Shown here: piece after piece, positions 62,679-64,000 of the stretch
Layout: every line of letters starts with the position of its first letter
Numbering within the stretch: the stretch's first letter is position 1
Assembly: GCA_965644265.1 (NCBI GenBank)
Contig: OZ286467.1
Location: forward strand, 20,212,001 to 20,276,000
Direction of reading: 5' to 3'
DNA: 64,000 bases
DNA from: Glycera tridactyla
Taxonomy: Eukaryota
Notes under the pieces: generated by a model
The model's database searches: none
Told to the model about the DNA's origin: nothing
Seen by the model: only the letters and a program-made list of their open reading frames with translations
Program-made: the position numbers and the translations under genes

Positions 62679-64000
62679 TGAAGCAATCTGAAGTAGCCAC
62701 AACAAAACAATTTTCAATGCACGTTTTCCACTTTGTGGGCAAAACTGATCGCTTGCTCTGTCGTCTAGGCACAGTCTCATGGTGGTGTAAAAAACAAATG
62801 CATCTCAGTCCTAAAACTCACAGAGGTACAGTAACAAAATTCGTCATTTTTTTATTTCATTATTGAAGATGAATTATTATCAGATTGGAATTGTGATAAA
62901 AAAAGGAATACTCAGAAGTGGGAGGTGTTAGTAGAATGAGGAAGTGAATGTAAGCGTGTATCGACGATGATACAAGAAACGAAGATGGCTGTCCTCGGCT
63001 CCGTGCTGACAGGGCCACCTAAATCAACGGCTTCTGATGACACACATGTAGCCCCGATTTCAGCACCTCTCCTTTTCTACCTCCATCAGCCGGAGAACAC
63101 TACACATGCATGCACACTCATCTCACCGGATCAGCCACTCTCGGTAATCTTGTCGAAAATAATGTAAATATTCCCGGGAGGGGGAAATACAAAACATGCC
63201 GAGAGGTTGTGAGATGCGGGATATCAAGCTGTGATATGAAAACATTCAAGACAAAAAAGGTCAGGAGACACTTCAATAAACAATGCACAGTCGCTTTGTT
63301 TTTCAGCAATTGTTTTGATTTCTATGTGTTTATTTGGAGGTCCAGGCACATGCAGGAACCAGGGTGTATATTAATTTGAACCTGACATCGGATGTCTGAA
63401 GCAGTACTTTTGAGTCTGGTGCCTGTAATTTTATATCTTGTTCATTTTGCACTTTTTGTGGTGTTTTTATGGAGGCTGCAAGGACGATGGGCCACAGCAG
63501 AAAGGATGAATTCATATACATATATTATATGTGGAGTGTTTTTACCATGTTTTGGTAATTCATCATAATATATTGCCCATACTAGTTTCTGGATGAGACA
63601 GTTTGACCCACAATGACTAATGTCATCCTCTGGAATTTATGGTGGAAATTTCAGTCATTTTGTAGAATTTGCTCTGATCATTTTGATCTAATGCTAATGG
63701 AATTGTGAACCATCCTGGAATCTTTCAAACCATAGTGTTGATGAAATCAAACTGACTTTTTCTAAGCATGACCTCTTGAGAACAGCAAATAAATAAATAT
63801 GATTGCTTCATTTCATATCACCAGTAATGAGTATGCAACCAATTTCAAACACTAAAATGAAGTAATGAGCAGCATGACAGAAGCTTCATATATTCGGCAA
63901 TAATCTGTGCTATGACTTCCCGTTAATTTGTTGGTGCTCAATAGCTTGATATATCTGGAATTGTGTATATGACGTGGAGCAGGGTTTCCCAGGCATATGT

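Noticed and set aside
1-64000. Homeobox, bHLH, zinc-finger, reverse transcriptase or transposase coding sequence
   Set aside because: I looked for these in the ORF track and in candidate exons and recognised none. Small exons could have been missed.

Overview
This is eukaryotic (animal-like, probably invertebrate) genomic DNA from a draft assembly. It is roughly 40% GC by eye and has five N gaps, most abutting microsatellites. I see no prokaryotic features, CRISPR array, rRNA, intact tRNA or autonomous transposase. Almost all listed ORFs are spurious, coming from microsatellites, a minisatellite or MITEs. The window is mostly non-coding. It carries about 30 TA-flanked CAGT...ACTG MITEs (Tc1/mariner-pogo-like) in three families. 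It also has two CAG...CTG elements with apparent 5-bp target-site duplications, a tRNA-derived SINE tied to (TG)n arrays, a ~48-copy 16-bp minisatellite and many poly-G/C tracts. Numerous CpG/TAAT-rich islands look like enhancers of a developmental-gene landscape. The best coding evidence is a phase-consistent chain of small minus-strand exons (7258-7072, 5602-5522, 4953-4918) encoding a protein I cannot name. The most intriguing signals are acceptor-abutting-donor (recursive-splice-like) sites, a 4x CACGAG cluster, a duplicated POU4-type site and weak death-domain-like ORFs. I found no strongly supported novel system; all leads are hypotheses.
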